Source: Hemiscyllium ocellatum (taxonomy: Eukaryota). From it: a stretch of 64,000 nt of DNA. Every line of letters starts with the position of its first letter. Position 1 is the stretch's first letter. This document shows positions 12,997-25,050 of this stretch, piece after piece. The position numbers were made by a program, and so were the translations under genes. The stretch lies in contig NC_083445.1 in assembly GCF_020745735.1 (NCBI RefSeq), positions 26,286,324-26,350,323 on the forward strand, in the 5' to 3' direction. The notes under the pieces were generated by a model. It was given only the letters and a program-made list of their open reading frames with translations. It was not told the DNA's origin and did no database searches.

Positions 12997-14583
12997 GTGA
13001 GGGCTCATCTTCCATGCAATGCTGCAATAGTAATTTGCAACTAATCACAGGTGAATCTGGTTGATTTATGTCAATGAAAGATGTATGTCTTAAGCTTCGT
13101 TAATTAATATTGCTGATCTGAGCTGAATTTAAAAAAATTGCTCCGGTCATCCTCTGTGGAATATTTTGACAATTAAATTCCACGTCAGCAGACAAAGTGT
13201 GGTATGGAATTTAGTGATCTGTGATATCATTGAAACCATTGCGGAATGTCCGTTATAAATCAAGTGAATGACAGCCTCCAAATTAGACAATGGGCAAAGC
13301 TTAACAGAAAATCTTAACTACATAAAGGAATTACTTAGCCCATCTGATCTGTGGCTCCGGACAATGAGCCTTCCAGTCTACATTCATTTTATAGCATATG
13401 GTCCGTAAATGCACAAGCCAAGTTATTTAGTGTACATACCAAACATATTTGAAATGATGTGAGTGTTCCAGCCTCTACTATTTCATGCAGTCAGCTTCCT
13501 GAATGTCCCAAGCCACTTTGCTGCCTTATCGTATCACGAAGTGCTCCATTTACTCAGTTTCCTCCGAAGCTAGATAAACACTTCCCATTTATTGTATCCA
13601 GGTCGTGATATTTATGCGCTTCTCAAATAAAAAACTAAATCTCCTCGATCTCTCCGACAACGCTTGAACAATTCCTACCAAGCCAATACAGTGTTTGTAC
13701 AATCATGGCAGCATCCTCCAAAACCCAATTAACCAGCATATTCTGTCTGTATTAAGGTGACCAACTGTTCTTCCATTGTATGTATGCATGCACGTTTGTT
13801 TGTTGTTATTCCATCTGTCATTGGCATTAATTCCAAATTGCTAACATTAACTGAGATCACATTGACCACGCTTCACCAGGAATTTTGGAAATCACATGAC
13901 ATTCACGAGAATTCATATCAAAATATGATTAAAACTGTGCACGGATAATGTGCCGTCATTACTTGTGCGATACTTACATAGGATCCAATCTACTACCTGC
14001 ACATGATACAATCTCCAATGGTGGAAATACTGGCATATGAGGAAAAAAAAGTAGAAGCTATTTTTGATTATGTGGAACAAGATAATTGTTTCGAATAGGT
14101 GTTTCAGTCCTGAGTTGCAGAATAGGCCATTTCTAAACTTTGTTTCTGGAGGGTTTCTAACATTGTTGACTAACTGACTCAAAAAGAGAGAGAGAGAGAG
14201 AGGAAAGGGTGTTTCACTCTTCCATAGCATCTCCTTGTCAGCAAGAAATGCATCTTTGAATTAAATTGAGGGTAGCAATGTAGGTGTTGAAACAGACACT
14301 GTGCACACAATGTCCCAAAAGGTCAGTAGTGTGGTAGTGTGATGATCATCTATTTTCTTGCCGGTGATGGAATCAAATTAAATTCAAAAGTACAGTAGGG
14401 AAACCTCCCTTTCAGTTCTTTGGAATAGTAAAATTGGATGCTATGGATGGAACTGAGATGGCAGAAAGGTCTTCAATTTCACACCACAGGGGAATGTGAG
14501 AGAATATTCGGTTGGAAATTCAGATAATCGGTGTCATTGCATATACGGATCGGGAAGATACAAATATACTGAACTCGAGGCAA

Positions 14584-15345
14584 TATTATGAAGTTGAAGG
14601 CATTTACTGTACAGTTAAGAGAGCACGAAGGCTGTTTTGGCAGTGAGAGTTTGTAGTCAACTGATATCTTACTGACTGGCAGCCAAAGGCTGTGCTAAAA
14701 AATTGAAAGATGTAACACATTACTGTAACCTAGATGCATGAGTTGTGTTCATGGCAGTTTGAATTTAACCAATCTGTTTACATTGTGTACCAAGATACTA
14801 AAACCCAATCGAAATTGAATTTTACTAGTTTGACAACATTGAGCTAATGAGATGATCTGATGTTTTGGGACATAAAAAAAAACAGGCATTTTGGACAGTT
14901 AGCAAAGCGAGGGCACCACATGTCATTATCAGACAGACTGTCCAAACAACCTCTCTCTAAAATGTATCTTGTTCATATGAAACATCTGTACAGCAGAAAA
15001 CCAAAGATGTCCCAGAAAGATCAACAAAGAGAGAAAGATGACAGCTGCTGTCTGGTTTTAAAAGTTGATTTGCTGTAAATTTATTAGGGGATTTATTAGA
15101 TCAGTGTATTCTTATAGAGTGAGCGATAGATAACAAACCTTCAGGACAAAGGGGATGAGAGTTGTAAATAGCTGTTGCTTAATTTTCAGTTTTGGAGTTA
15201 AAGGATACAATTATTATTTTTTCTTTAAATAATGCAATTTTGGGGAGTTCCTCTTTCAATCATACTTTCACAGAATGGCAGGCGAGGTGAGCTTTTCTGT
15301 GTGTTTGGTTTAATTGTCAGAAAGATGCACAGCCATGTCACAACA
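14584..15345 (+). mobile_element. Solo LTR of the Gmr1-like family
   Basis: Starts TATTATGAAGTTGAAGG (other copies TGTTATGAAGTTGA) and ends TGTCACAACA; flanks GCAA/GTAA fit a 4-bp TSD with one transition. Confidence 0.8.
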
Positions 15346-16813
15346 GTAATCATTGCCTGAGCTGCAGTTGCAGATGCATTGAGAATTCAGACTGACTCTC
15401 CGTCTCTCAGAAATTACTTGTACCGACAGTACAGGTCCTGACTGTGAACTTTGACTTCAATCCGACCCCAGAATTGTTCTATTATTCTGAAATTTCCAAC
15501 ATAAAATTCAAAACATACAATAGGTCACCTAAAACTTGAAAGGTAATACAAAGAAACTTTGAACATACTGACTCATCATCTTAAAGTGCTCTTTTTCAGA
15601 CCACAGGTTATGATGCACGAATATTCCTGACGGTATGGCAATGTTTGCAACGATTAATCAACGGGAACATACAAATCAGTTACAAATAATCAATGGCTTT
15701 CAAAATTGGGAGGCTATGGAACTCCGAGGAGATTGAAGCAACGCACTGTTTGAGAAAAAAAAAACGAATTTCCTCTTGTTAAGCAGGAATTGCGATAATA
15801 TGGGGAACTATCAGTTACTGTGTAGGGTGGTGGGCTGTGAAATATTGGCGGATCTGGTATTGTGCCTTCTCTCATGTTTCCTTCCTATCCATTGGTAAGA
15901 AACAGTTACCACTGCGATTTGCCCTTTGAGGGTAATCTGAAATTCAACACAGTTTAATAATCTCAGGATGTTGGAGAGAATCTCTAAAACAAGACGGAGG
16001 ATGAACTAGTGTTGATCAATGTTACAGCTGCCTCTGAAAATCACTCCAGAAATTTCTGATTACTAATCATGATTGTTCATTTTTCTTTGTCTTGACACAT
16101 ACAAAAACGATGTTCTCTTCTCAAGGAAAACAAAGCATAAATCGGTGCAAAATGTTAATGCATTTTACGCATAGTTTGGGTTTTCCATTACCATACCAGC
16201 CTCCACATGCTCAAGAAATGTCATAATAGAAGATCAACCGCATGGAAAGGGGCATATTGATGACTCTTACTTCACGGGAACATGGAACAATAAGAATTTA
16301 CAGGGCAACTGTAATAGGTATCGTTCCAATGATCTACACTGACTTTGCTGTGATTTAAGTAACTTGAGTGAACTTATATTGGGAGTTGCGTTCTGTATGA
16401 AGGACCCACATGTTCCAAGTATTGAAACCATTCTATCTGAATCCACGCATATATCCGCTCTCTGTCTTTGAACTGCGAATGATCAGGAGTACCATTGGGC
16501 TATCTCCAAGTTACTATTGTTGAGGTTCAATTCATCAGTGCCTTACATTCTAAATATTTAGAAATTAAGGATTTCGGGAAGGACTAAATATCACAGACGG
16601 ACACAAATGGAACAAGAATCTGCTCAAGCAATGAAGTCAGAAAATAGAAATTTAGAATTTAGTATAGCATTTCTTTTTTCAGACCGAGGCAGAGAGAAAT
16701 TTACCAAAACATTTGTCCATTCATCCAAACATGCAGTCAGCATTTTGTCAATACGTATCCAGTCCGTGTCTGTCTGACGGTGTAAATGTCTATCTATCCA
16801 TCTGTCTGTTTGT

Positions 16814-17021
16814 NNNNNNNNNNNNNNNNNNNNNNNNNNNNNNNNNNNNNNNNNNNNNNNNNNNNNNNNNNNNNNNNNNNNNNNNNNNNNNNNNNNNNNN
16901 NNNNNNNNNNNNNNNNNNNNNNNNNNNNNNNNNNNNNNNNNNNNNNNNNNNNNNNNNNNNNNNNNNNNNNNNNNNNNNNNNNNNNNNNNNNNNNNNNNNN
17001 NNNNNNNNNNNNNNNNNNNNN
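16814..17021. other. Assembly gap (208 N), preceded by TCTG/TCTA simple repeat
   Basis: Run of n characters. Confidence 1.
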
Positions 17022-17466
17022 ACAAAATAGAATTGGCTCGGATTCGCAGAGCTTCTTGAAAACTTACCGATTCATGCACCTCATTTAAGCAGAGGGACCT
17101 CTTCATATCTGGCTAACAGTGGTATAGAGTGGCGTTTGAGTGTGCTGATTACCATGAGTTAATAGTGCGTATCATAGCTGCCAAGGGACAGATAAATGAT
17201 CCATTTGCGCCCTGTATTAGTAGAATTTCTTCTTGTGATCGGCTGTAATTTACCATACACTCAATAGCAGTGTCTGATCAACAACTCGTCCCCACACAGC
17301 AATGATGTGGAAGCTGAGAGCATTTCTTTCTTATTCACGGATCTATTTTAATTTATTAAATTCCCTTTTAAAACTTCACCTGAATTTCACTGTTCATTCA
17401 ATGTTTAACCATCAGGCATGCGATTTTCCAACACTGCACAGTTTCAAGGGTGGTCTGAGGCTCGGA

Positions 17467-17635
17467 AAAAGTGAGGACTGAAGATGCTGGAGATCATGGT
17501 CGAGAGTGTGCTGCTAGAAAAGCGCAGCATGTCAGGCACCATCCGAGAAGCAGGAGGATCGAGGTTTCGGGCATAAGTCCACCATCAGGAATGTCAAACC
17601 CTCGAGTCTCCTGCTGGTCGGATGGTGCCTGACAC
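17467..17635. mobile_element. Palindromic Penelope-pLTR-derived insert, degenerate
   Basis: Same head as the 8028 element (AAAGTGAGGACTG.AGATGCTGGAGATC); 15-bp TSD GGTCTGAGG(C/A)TCGGA at 17452-17466 and 17636-17650. Confidence 0.75.
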
Positions 17636-18194
17636 GGTCTGAGGATCGGACCAATTGGAGAAATGCAGAGCAACATTCTGCAATGTGAGGAGATTGTTCA
17701 CCTCACCAGGTCTGGAATGGAGAGTGACGTGCACCCACATTGTCAACAGAATCACTTTGGACATCATCCGAATTCAGATGTCTGATTAGAATATAGAAAC
17801 CTCTGCCATAAATTATACTTTAGTTTGGCAGTGTGTTAGAGACTTAGACTTTCTGCAAAACAAACATGTTTCCAGTATTTGCATTCGCTGATAATGTCAT
17901 TGAACTTTTTGATTGTTTTAACCAGTCGAATAAAAATAAAAATATTGTGACTACATTTCCAATTGATTAAATGCAACATTGATAACTATAATCTGCACCG
18001 GACCTCACGCTGTTTAATTGTACTTTCTCTATTAAAAGGAAGGGAACTTTTTGAATCATGCTATTCAGTAATGCAAGTCTCCCAAGACAGATATATGCCA
18101 ACATTTTACGTACAGACTGGTGTAAATATAACAGCCAATCTGTTCGGGTTGTGCAAGTTGAGATGAGTTTCCAATTTTGGCGTTCAGCAAGAAA

Positions 18195-18245
18195 CCAGCA
18201 GGTGGAACCTGGCAGCCTGCCCCTTCTGATGTGTATTTAAAAGCT
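18195..18245 (+). promoter_or_regulatory. Candidate IgH V promoter: E-box CAGGTG (18199-18204) and TATA-like TATTTAAAA (18234-18242)
   Basis: Motifs lie about 130 and 90 bp upstream of the leader ATG. Position is plausible; function is inferred. Confidence 0.45.
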
Positions 18246-18330
18246 GGTCACTCAACCAGAGTTCAACGGTCCCGGATTTGGATTGGTTAGCGAGCTCTTG
18301 GCAAATGTCTTTCCTCAAGTGAACAGAAGG

Positions 18331-18376
18331 ATGTTGTTAATAATTTCTCTCAGCTTGTTCCTGACTTCATTATCCA
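18331..18376 (+). CDS. IGHV: IgM heavy chain leader exon (MLLIISLSLFLTSLS)
   Basis: ATG, hydrophobic signal peptide, phase-1 donor A|GTGAGT, 114-bp intron to TTTTCCCAG| acceptor at 18490. Confidence 0.93.
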
Positions 18377-18490
18377 GTGAGTATTTATTATCATTGTCCC
18401 AGTCTCAGTGTTAGCTTACCTCTGGAATGTAGCAAAGTCAGCAACCATTTCATTTCACTGATCCTTTGGCTGGATGTCGTCTTTTCCCAG

Positions 18491-18850
18491 GTGTCCAGTC
18501 GGCGGATATTTTGAGTCAGCCCAAAGCAGAGACCGGGAGTCCTGGAGGCTCCCTGAGGCTGACCTGTAAAGCCAGCGGGTTCAGTGTTGAAGGCTACAGC
18601 ATGTACTGGATTCAACAAATTCCTGGTCAGGGGCTGGAATGGCTGCTTCACTACTACAGCTCATCGACAAATAACTATGCACCAGCGATTGAGGATCGGT
18701 TTACTGCTTTCAAAGACATTTCAAACAATATCTTCGGGTTGGACATTAAGCTCCTTAAGAGCGAAGATACCGCTATGTATTACTGTGGAGTATACTACAG
18801 TAATTGGGCTGTAGCGTGGGGACCAGGGACCATGGTGTCAGTCACTGCAG
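18491..18850 (+). CDS. IGHV: Pre-joined VDJ exon of an IgM heavy chain
   Basis: [26 protein letters not shown]...[12 protein letters not shown]...[28 protein letters not shown]; continuous frame, no RSS, donor G|GTAAGA. Confidence 0.96.
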
Positions 18851-19001
18851 GTAAGAACCATGAAATTTCTCTTTATGTGAGTATTCGTGAGTTAGGTGAA
18901 AATCAGAATCTGGAATGAGCTTTGTTTGATTTAGAACAAAGAATAAAGAACAAAGAAAATTTACAGCTCAGGAACAGGCCCTTCGGCTCTCCAAGCCTGA
19001 G

Positions 19002-19937
19002 TTTAGACTAGATTGGTGCTGGAAAAGCACAGCAGATCAGGCAGCAGTAAAATCGACGTTTCGGGCAAAGGCCCTTCATCAGGAATACAGGCAGATTGCC
19101 TGAAGGGTGGAAAGATAAATGAGAGGAGGGTGGGGGTGGGGAGACAGTAGCATAGAGTACAATAGGTGAGTGGGGGAGGGGATGAAGGTGATAGGTCAGG
19201 GAGGAGGGTGGGTGGATAGGTGGAATGGAAGATGGGCAGGTAAGACAAGTCATGGGGACAGTGCTGAGCTGGCAGTTTGGAGCTGGAATGAGGTGGGGTA
19301 GGGGAAAAGAGGAAAATGGTGAAGTCCATATTGATGTCCTGGGGTTGAAGCGTTCCGAGGCGGAAGATGAGGCGTTCTTCCTCCAGGCATTGGGTAGTGA
19401 GGGAGCGGCGGTGAAGGCGGCCCAGGACCTTCATATCCTCGGCAGAGTGGGAAGGGGAGTTGAAATGTTGGGCCACAGGGCGATGTTGTTGATTGGCGTG
19501 GGTATTCCAGAAATATTCCCTAAAGTGCTCTACTAGGAGGCGTCCAGTCTCCCCAATGTAGAGGAGACCACATCGGGAGCAACGGATACAATAAATGATA
19601 TTGGTGGATGTGCGGGTAAAACTTTGATGGATGTGGAAGGCTCCTTTGGGGCTTGGATGGAGATGAGGGAGGAGGTATGGGCATAGGTTTCACAATTCCT
19701 GCAGTGGCAGGGGTAGGTGCCAGGACGGGAGGGTGGGTTGTTGGGGGTCGTGGACCTGACCAGGTAGTCACGAAGGGAACAGTCTTTGCAGAGGTGGAAA
19801 TGGGTGGGGAGGGAAATATATCCCTGGTGGTGTGGTCCGTTGGATGTGGCGGAAATGCCGGCAGATGATTTGGTTTATTCGAAGGTTGGTAGGGTGGAAG
19901 GTGATCACCGGGGGGTGGGGGGGGGGAGGAGTGCTCC
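19002..19937 (-). mobile_element. Penelope-like retroelement 3' fragment (GIY-YIG endonuclease and pLTR)
   Basis: - strand reads CSRCGLLYIGETGR and HFNSPSHS...EEERLIFRLGTLQPQDINMDF; 8-bp TSD AGCCTGAG at 18994-19001 and 19938-19945. Confidence 0.88.
19051..19086 (-). ncRNA. Minimal type-I hammerhead ribozyme motif in Penelope pLTR
   Basis: - strand: attc-CUGAUGA-A-GGGC cuuu GCCC-GAAAC-GUC-gatt. Intact core, 4-bp stem II, loopless palindromic stem III. Confidence 0.7.
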
Positions 19938-21984
19938 AGCCTGAGCTGATCCAAATGTACTGTCTAAACCTGTTGGTCAATTCCTAAGCATTTGTATTCC
20001 TCTGCTCCCCACCTACTCTGCATCTGTCCAGATGCATCCTAAATTAATCTCCTGTGCCTGCCTCTACCACCTCTGCTGACAATGCATTCCAAATGCCAAC
20101 CACCCTATGTGTGAAGTACTTGCCTTGTGTAACCTCCTTAAACTTTCCACCTCTCACCATGTAAGCATGACCTCTCGTTATTTAATCCTTCACCCTGGGA
20201 AAAAAGCTTGTCTCTATCCACTCTGTCTATACCCTTCATGATCTTGGAAACCCCAATCAGTTACCCCTCAATCTCCTTTTTTTCTAGTGAAAATAAAGCT
20301 AACCTACTCAACCTCTCTTCATAGCTAGCACCTTCCATATCAGGCAACATCCTCATAAACCTTCTCTCCACCCTCTCCAAAGTGTCCACATCCTTTTGGT
20401 AATGTGGTGATCAGAACTGTACAGAGTATTCTAAACGCGGTCGAACCAATGTCTTGTACAATTTTAACATGGCTTGCCAGCTCTTATATTCAATATCCCG
20501 ATCAATGAAGGCAGGCATACTATATGCCTTCATGACCAACCTCTCCACCTGTGCAGCAACCTTCAGGGTACAATGGATTGCACTCCCACATCTCTCTGCC
20601 CATCAACCTTTCCCAAGGCTGTTCCAGTCCTTGTATAATAAGCTTTAGAATTAGACTTGCCAAAATGCATCACCTCACATTTGTCTGGATTGAAAGCCAT
20701 CTGCCACTTTTCTGCCGAACTCTCATCTACCTGTACCCTCCTGTATTCTCTGACAGTCCCAGATGCTTTCTACTGCTCCACCAATCTTTGTGTCATCTGC
20801 AAACTTAATGATCATACTAACAGTGCCCTCTTCCAGATCATTTATGTATATTACAAACAACAGCTGCCCCAATACTGACCCCTGTGGAACACCACTGGTC
20901 ACCTTTCTCTATTTCGAGAAACTCCCTTCAACTACTACACTCTGTCTCCTGTTGCTCAACGAGTTCTTTCTCCACCTAGCTCAAACACCCTGCACACCAT
21001 GTGATTTCACGTTTTCCATTAGTCTACAATGGGGAACCTTATCAAATGCCTTACTAAAGTCCATGTATATGATATCAACAGCCCTTCCTTCATCTATCAA
21101 CTTGGTCACTTCCTTGAAGAACTCTATTAAGTTGGCAAGGCACAATCTCCCCTGCACAAAACCATGTCTCCTGTCACTGATAAGCTCATTCTTTTTGAAA
21201 TATAAATGGACCCTATCTCTCAGTACCCCCTCGTGCAACTTCTCCACAACCGATGTCATGCTCACTGGCCTGTAGTTACCTGGAATATCCCTACTACCCT
21301 TCTTGTACAGGCGGATGACATAAGCAACCTTCCAGTCCTCCGGCACCTCACCTGTATTTAAGGGTGCCACAAAGATATCTGTCAGTGTCCCAGCTATTTC
21401 CTCTCTCGCCTCCCTTAGCAACCTGGGATAGATCCCATCCGGTCCTGGGGATTTGTCCACCTGAATAACCTCGAGCATACCCAACACATCTTCCCTACTA
21501 ATGCCAACATGATCCAGACTAATCAAACTTCTGTCTCTAATCTCAAGATTCATCATGTTCCTCTCCTCAGTGAAAACTGATGCAAAGTAATCACCCAGAA
21601 TCTCACCCATTCTCTCAGGTTCTGCACACAGCCTTCCTTCCTTATCTTTTAGTTGACCAATCCTTTCTCTGGTTACCCGCTTGCTTCTGATGTAAGAATA
21701 AAATGATTTGGAATTCTGCTTGCTAAAGCTATTTCATAACCCCCTTTAGCTCGCCTGATTCCTTGAAATGACCTTCCTGAAAAATGATTACACCCTGCAA
21801 TTAAGAATTGAACAAAGTGCTGCGACTGACTCAGTTGCTCGGTGATTTTTTAAAAAAAATCAATTAGGCAAACTGTGTGGCTGGATTACTTGAAAAACTA
21901 AAAGTCTCTTAAACAGGAAGATTAACAAATTAACAAATGGAACGGCATTGTGGCTGCCTCACAGCACCAGGGACAGGTAGGAAT

Positions 21985-22270
21985 GTTCAAGAGGGCGGTG
22001 CTGATTTGGAAGGTTGAATCTGGGATAAGGTAAGGGGGAGGGCAAATGAAGAAACCAACGAAATCCATATTGATCCCATATGGTTGGATGGTCCCAAGAT
22101 GAGACGTTCTGGCGATGAGGCCAGGACCTGCATATCCGTGGGGGAGTGGGAGGGGAGTTAAAATGTTCAGCCACGGGGCAGTGGAGTTGGTTAGTGCATA
22201 TCCAAGCGTCGTTCTCTGAAAGGATCAATGAGTTGACATCCTGTCTCCCTGATGCAGAGTAGACCACATC
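21985..22270 (-). mobile_element. Penelope-like fragment (endonuclease C-terminus), degenerate
   Basis: CPVAEHFNSPP motif and similarity to 19100-19560. Confidence 0.65.
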
Positions 22271-22864
22271 AGCTAGATCAGCTAGATTAATTACATTCTA
22301 GATTGAACTTTCTTGCAGCTCTGGGTTTCATTCTGCTAATTTGAATTGATTGAATTCTGATTTTGTTTTGCTTCATTGTGTTGAATTGAGTAAATTGGAT
22401 TCTGATTCACTTTGTAGAATCAAACTTTATCTTCAAGGGGTTTCCTGCTTTCAGTTTATGGTATTTTTCTGCTGAAGAGATTGTCTGCCTGGACCACTTT
22501 TAATCAGTAATATTTGTGAAGTTCTTTGGTTTTCGTACGTCGTTTCTGTATTTATTAAACTAAACTGGCGACATGAGGCCAGTTTGTAATTTCCTGAAGA
22601 CAGAAGATATAAGACAGAAAAGCGGAAGTTTGAGAAGTGAAGAAAAAAACATATTATTGGATTTACTTCAAAAGAAATCAGTTTTAAACATAGACTACAC
22701 AAATTCTGCTTTAACTTGCCTCATTCAAAAATATATTTGTGACTAAAATGTCTTACTGACCATTAGGTAAGATTTCATAATTAAGACTAAAAATATTATA
22801 AATTACGTGATACTATTTATCATTGAACTAATTTTGTTTTTACATTAGCGCATTAATCAACAAT

Positions 22865-23147
22865 TATCTCTCAAGGTACATGGATAGGATAAATAGACAA
22901 GACCTTTCCCTCTGACTAATGCACCTGACGCTATGGGCAATTTAGCATTGCCAATTCACCTGATCTTCACATTGTTGGACTGTGGGCGGAAACCCAAGCA
23001 GATACGGGGAGAATGCACAAACTCCATACAGACAGTCATCCGCTGCTGGAAGCGAACCAAGGACTGTAGGTAGTAGCTTAGCGCTACTAAGCATGTAGCG
23101 CTGTTAAGCAGCAGCACTAACCACTGAAACACTGTGCCACCCGGTTG
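22865..23147 (-). mobile_element. V-SINE, degenerate
   Basis: Reverse complement has CAGTGGTTAGTGCTGCTGC...GTATGGAGTTTGTGCATTCTCCCCGTATCTGC. Confidence 0.75.
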
Positions 23148-24832
23148 TCCTGATGCCTTTTTAGTTCTGTTGAAAGAGTTTGCAGAGTCAGTTCTGCTGC
23201 AAACTCATCACTGAATCTCAGTATTATCATTTGGCAATACTTGTTCTGTTGAGAAGATTATTATATTTGTTTGTGCATTATTTACGTTGATGGTCAAAGT
23301 TGAAACTCACGCAACACCAAGTTTGAGTCCAGCAGGGTTATTTGGGAATATTGATGATGTCAAAGAACTGTTCCAATTTGCCCATTGAGTGCAGTCATCA
23401 TGTGAGCTGAAATTTTTTGAAGCCCAATATGAGGAAAAACGCAGATTACAAAGGGTTTGGAAATTAACGGAAGAAAATATCTTATGGCACTTTGATTAAT
23501 AATAAGTAGCAATTTTGGATTAATGTTGTAAACATTAAGATTGGTTTATATTGCTAATTCAGAACTCAACTACCTACTCTGATCACAAGATCTGACATTA
23601 AGTATTTACCAGTAACAGATATAAATAAATAGAATTTCAAAAGTAGAATGTTCTAATAGTTCTAATAGTTCTTGATATCGAACAAAATGCCATTTTGATG
23701 AATCATTAATCAATGATCACCTTTCAATTCTGCTGAACACTATCCGCAATGCTTCTGGCTGGAAAAGATCATTGACAGGAACCATTTAGCAATTTTGTCC
23801 GAGATGTTTCCATGAAGAACAGATCAGTTTTGCAAGTAACTTGAGTTAATTAAGTATTATTTTCCTGAAGAACTAGATTTCCGGGAATAAAACATGAATT
23901 TGGTGATTTAGTCGACATGGCTCTTGACATTTGCTTAAATATAGAGAGTTACATTTTACAACAACATATCAATTCAGAAGTCTATCGTTAGAATGGAACT
24001 GATATAGTACATTAGGTGACCAAAGGTTAGCTTTCAAATTAATTAAAATAACCATGTCGTGACCTCATCGTGAGAATAGTTGCTGGGAATGCTGAGAATA
24101 TATTATATTGTGATATACTCTGTGTTCAGACTTACACCGTTTCATATTTTGCAGATGACACTAACTAAAGGCCAAGAGAAAAGGCTGTTTATTTTAACCG
24201 ATTAAAATAAAGTAATATTATTTTAATTATTGCATTTGACTGAATGCTAAAATATTGCAATCTGAAGGCTGCTGCTCAGATTGGTTTAGTGCAATGACTA
24301 TATATTTAGACATTAATTAAATCAAGCAATACCTGTTCGAAACACATTTTCAACCCATGCATTTTTTAAAAAAACTTTCACTCCAAATTGATTAATAACA
24401 AAATTAATTCATCAACAAACCTGACTGTACACATTTCTTATGATTGATACAACATAAATGCATCTGCACAGTGGGATGCAATATTTCCTGTACTGTTTTC
24501 TGCAGTGTGTGCAAAATCTTCAAAATTTAAGACATGTTTTAAGAATATGTAAAATTAATCCAGAAAATGATATATTTCTTAGTGAGTTGTGCTTATATTA
24601 GTGAAATTTCTGACCTCAATGATTGTGTTAATTATGATGAGACATTAAGTTTACTACAATAATGAATGTTCATTGTGAAAACATTCTCATTCATGTTCAT
24701 GCATCCTCTCTGGCTAGATGCTATGGTAAATGTTACATTCCAGTGAATCTACATTTGATGTGACAGGATGAACAGGTTAGGATCTGCACTGTTCTATTGG
24801 TCGTGTCTGCATTAGTTTCGCTTGTCCTGGGG

Positions 24833-25050
24833 TGACACGGCATCTCGGTAGTTAGCACTGTTGCCTTACAGCACCATGAATCCTATTCAATTTCAGCCTC
24901 GGGCGACTGTTTGCATGGTTTCCCCGTATCTGCATGAGTGTTTCAGTTTCCTCCAACAATCCAAAAATGTGCAGGTTATGTACATAGGCCGTGCTAAATT
25001 GCACATAGTGCTCAGGATTGCGTAGCGTAGGTGGAATAGTAAGGGACAAA
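24833..25050 (+). mobile_element. V-SINE, degenerate
   Basis: GTAGTTAGCACTGTTGCCTTACAGC...GCTAAATTGC similarity to 30132. Confidence 0.65.

Larger units (their letters stand above)
18933..21730 (-). mobile_element. CR1 LINE (RT region to 3' tail), interrupted by a Penelope fragment
   Basis: ORF 20981-21610 (DKSPGPDGIYPRLLRE...YMDFSKAFDKVPH); tail (AGAACAAAG)n at 18933. Confidence 0.92.

Noticed and set aside
15275-15292. ATGGCAGGCGAG|GTGAGC as an alternative first exon
   Set aside because: It lies inside the solo LTR, has no signal peptide and has no supporting evidence.
16624-17106. ORFs spanning the N run
   Set aside because: Artefacts of the assembly gap.
17877-17884. Perfect octamer as a definite promoter element
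   Set aside because: It is ~450 bp from the ATG, and other perfect octamers occur at 29727 (in a LINE) and 49733, consistent with chance in AT-rich DNA.
19008-19980. Pro-rich and Gly-rich ORFs
   Set aside because: Alternative frames of the C-rich Penelope fragment.
24467-24473. CACAGTG heptamers (also 37261 and inside SINEs) as leftover RSS
   Set aside because: No nonamer at 12 or 22/23 spacing and no adjacent V, D or J coding sequence.
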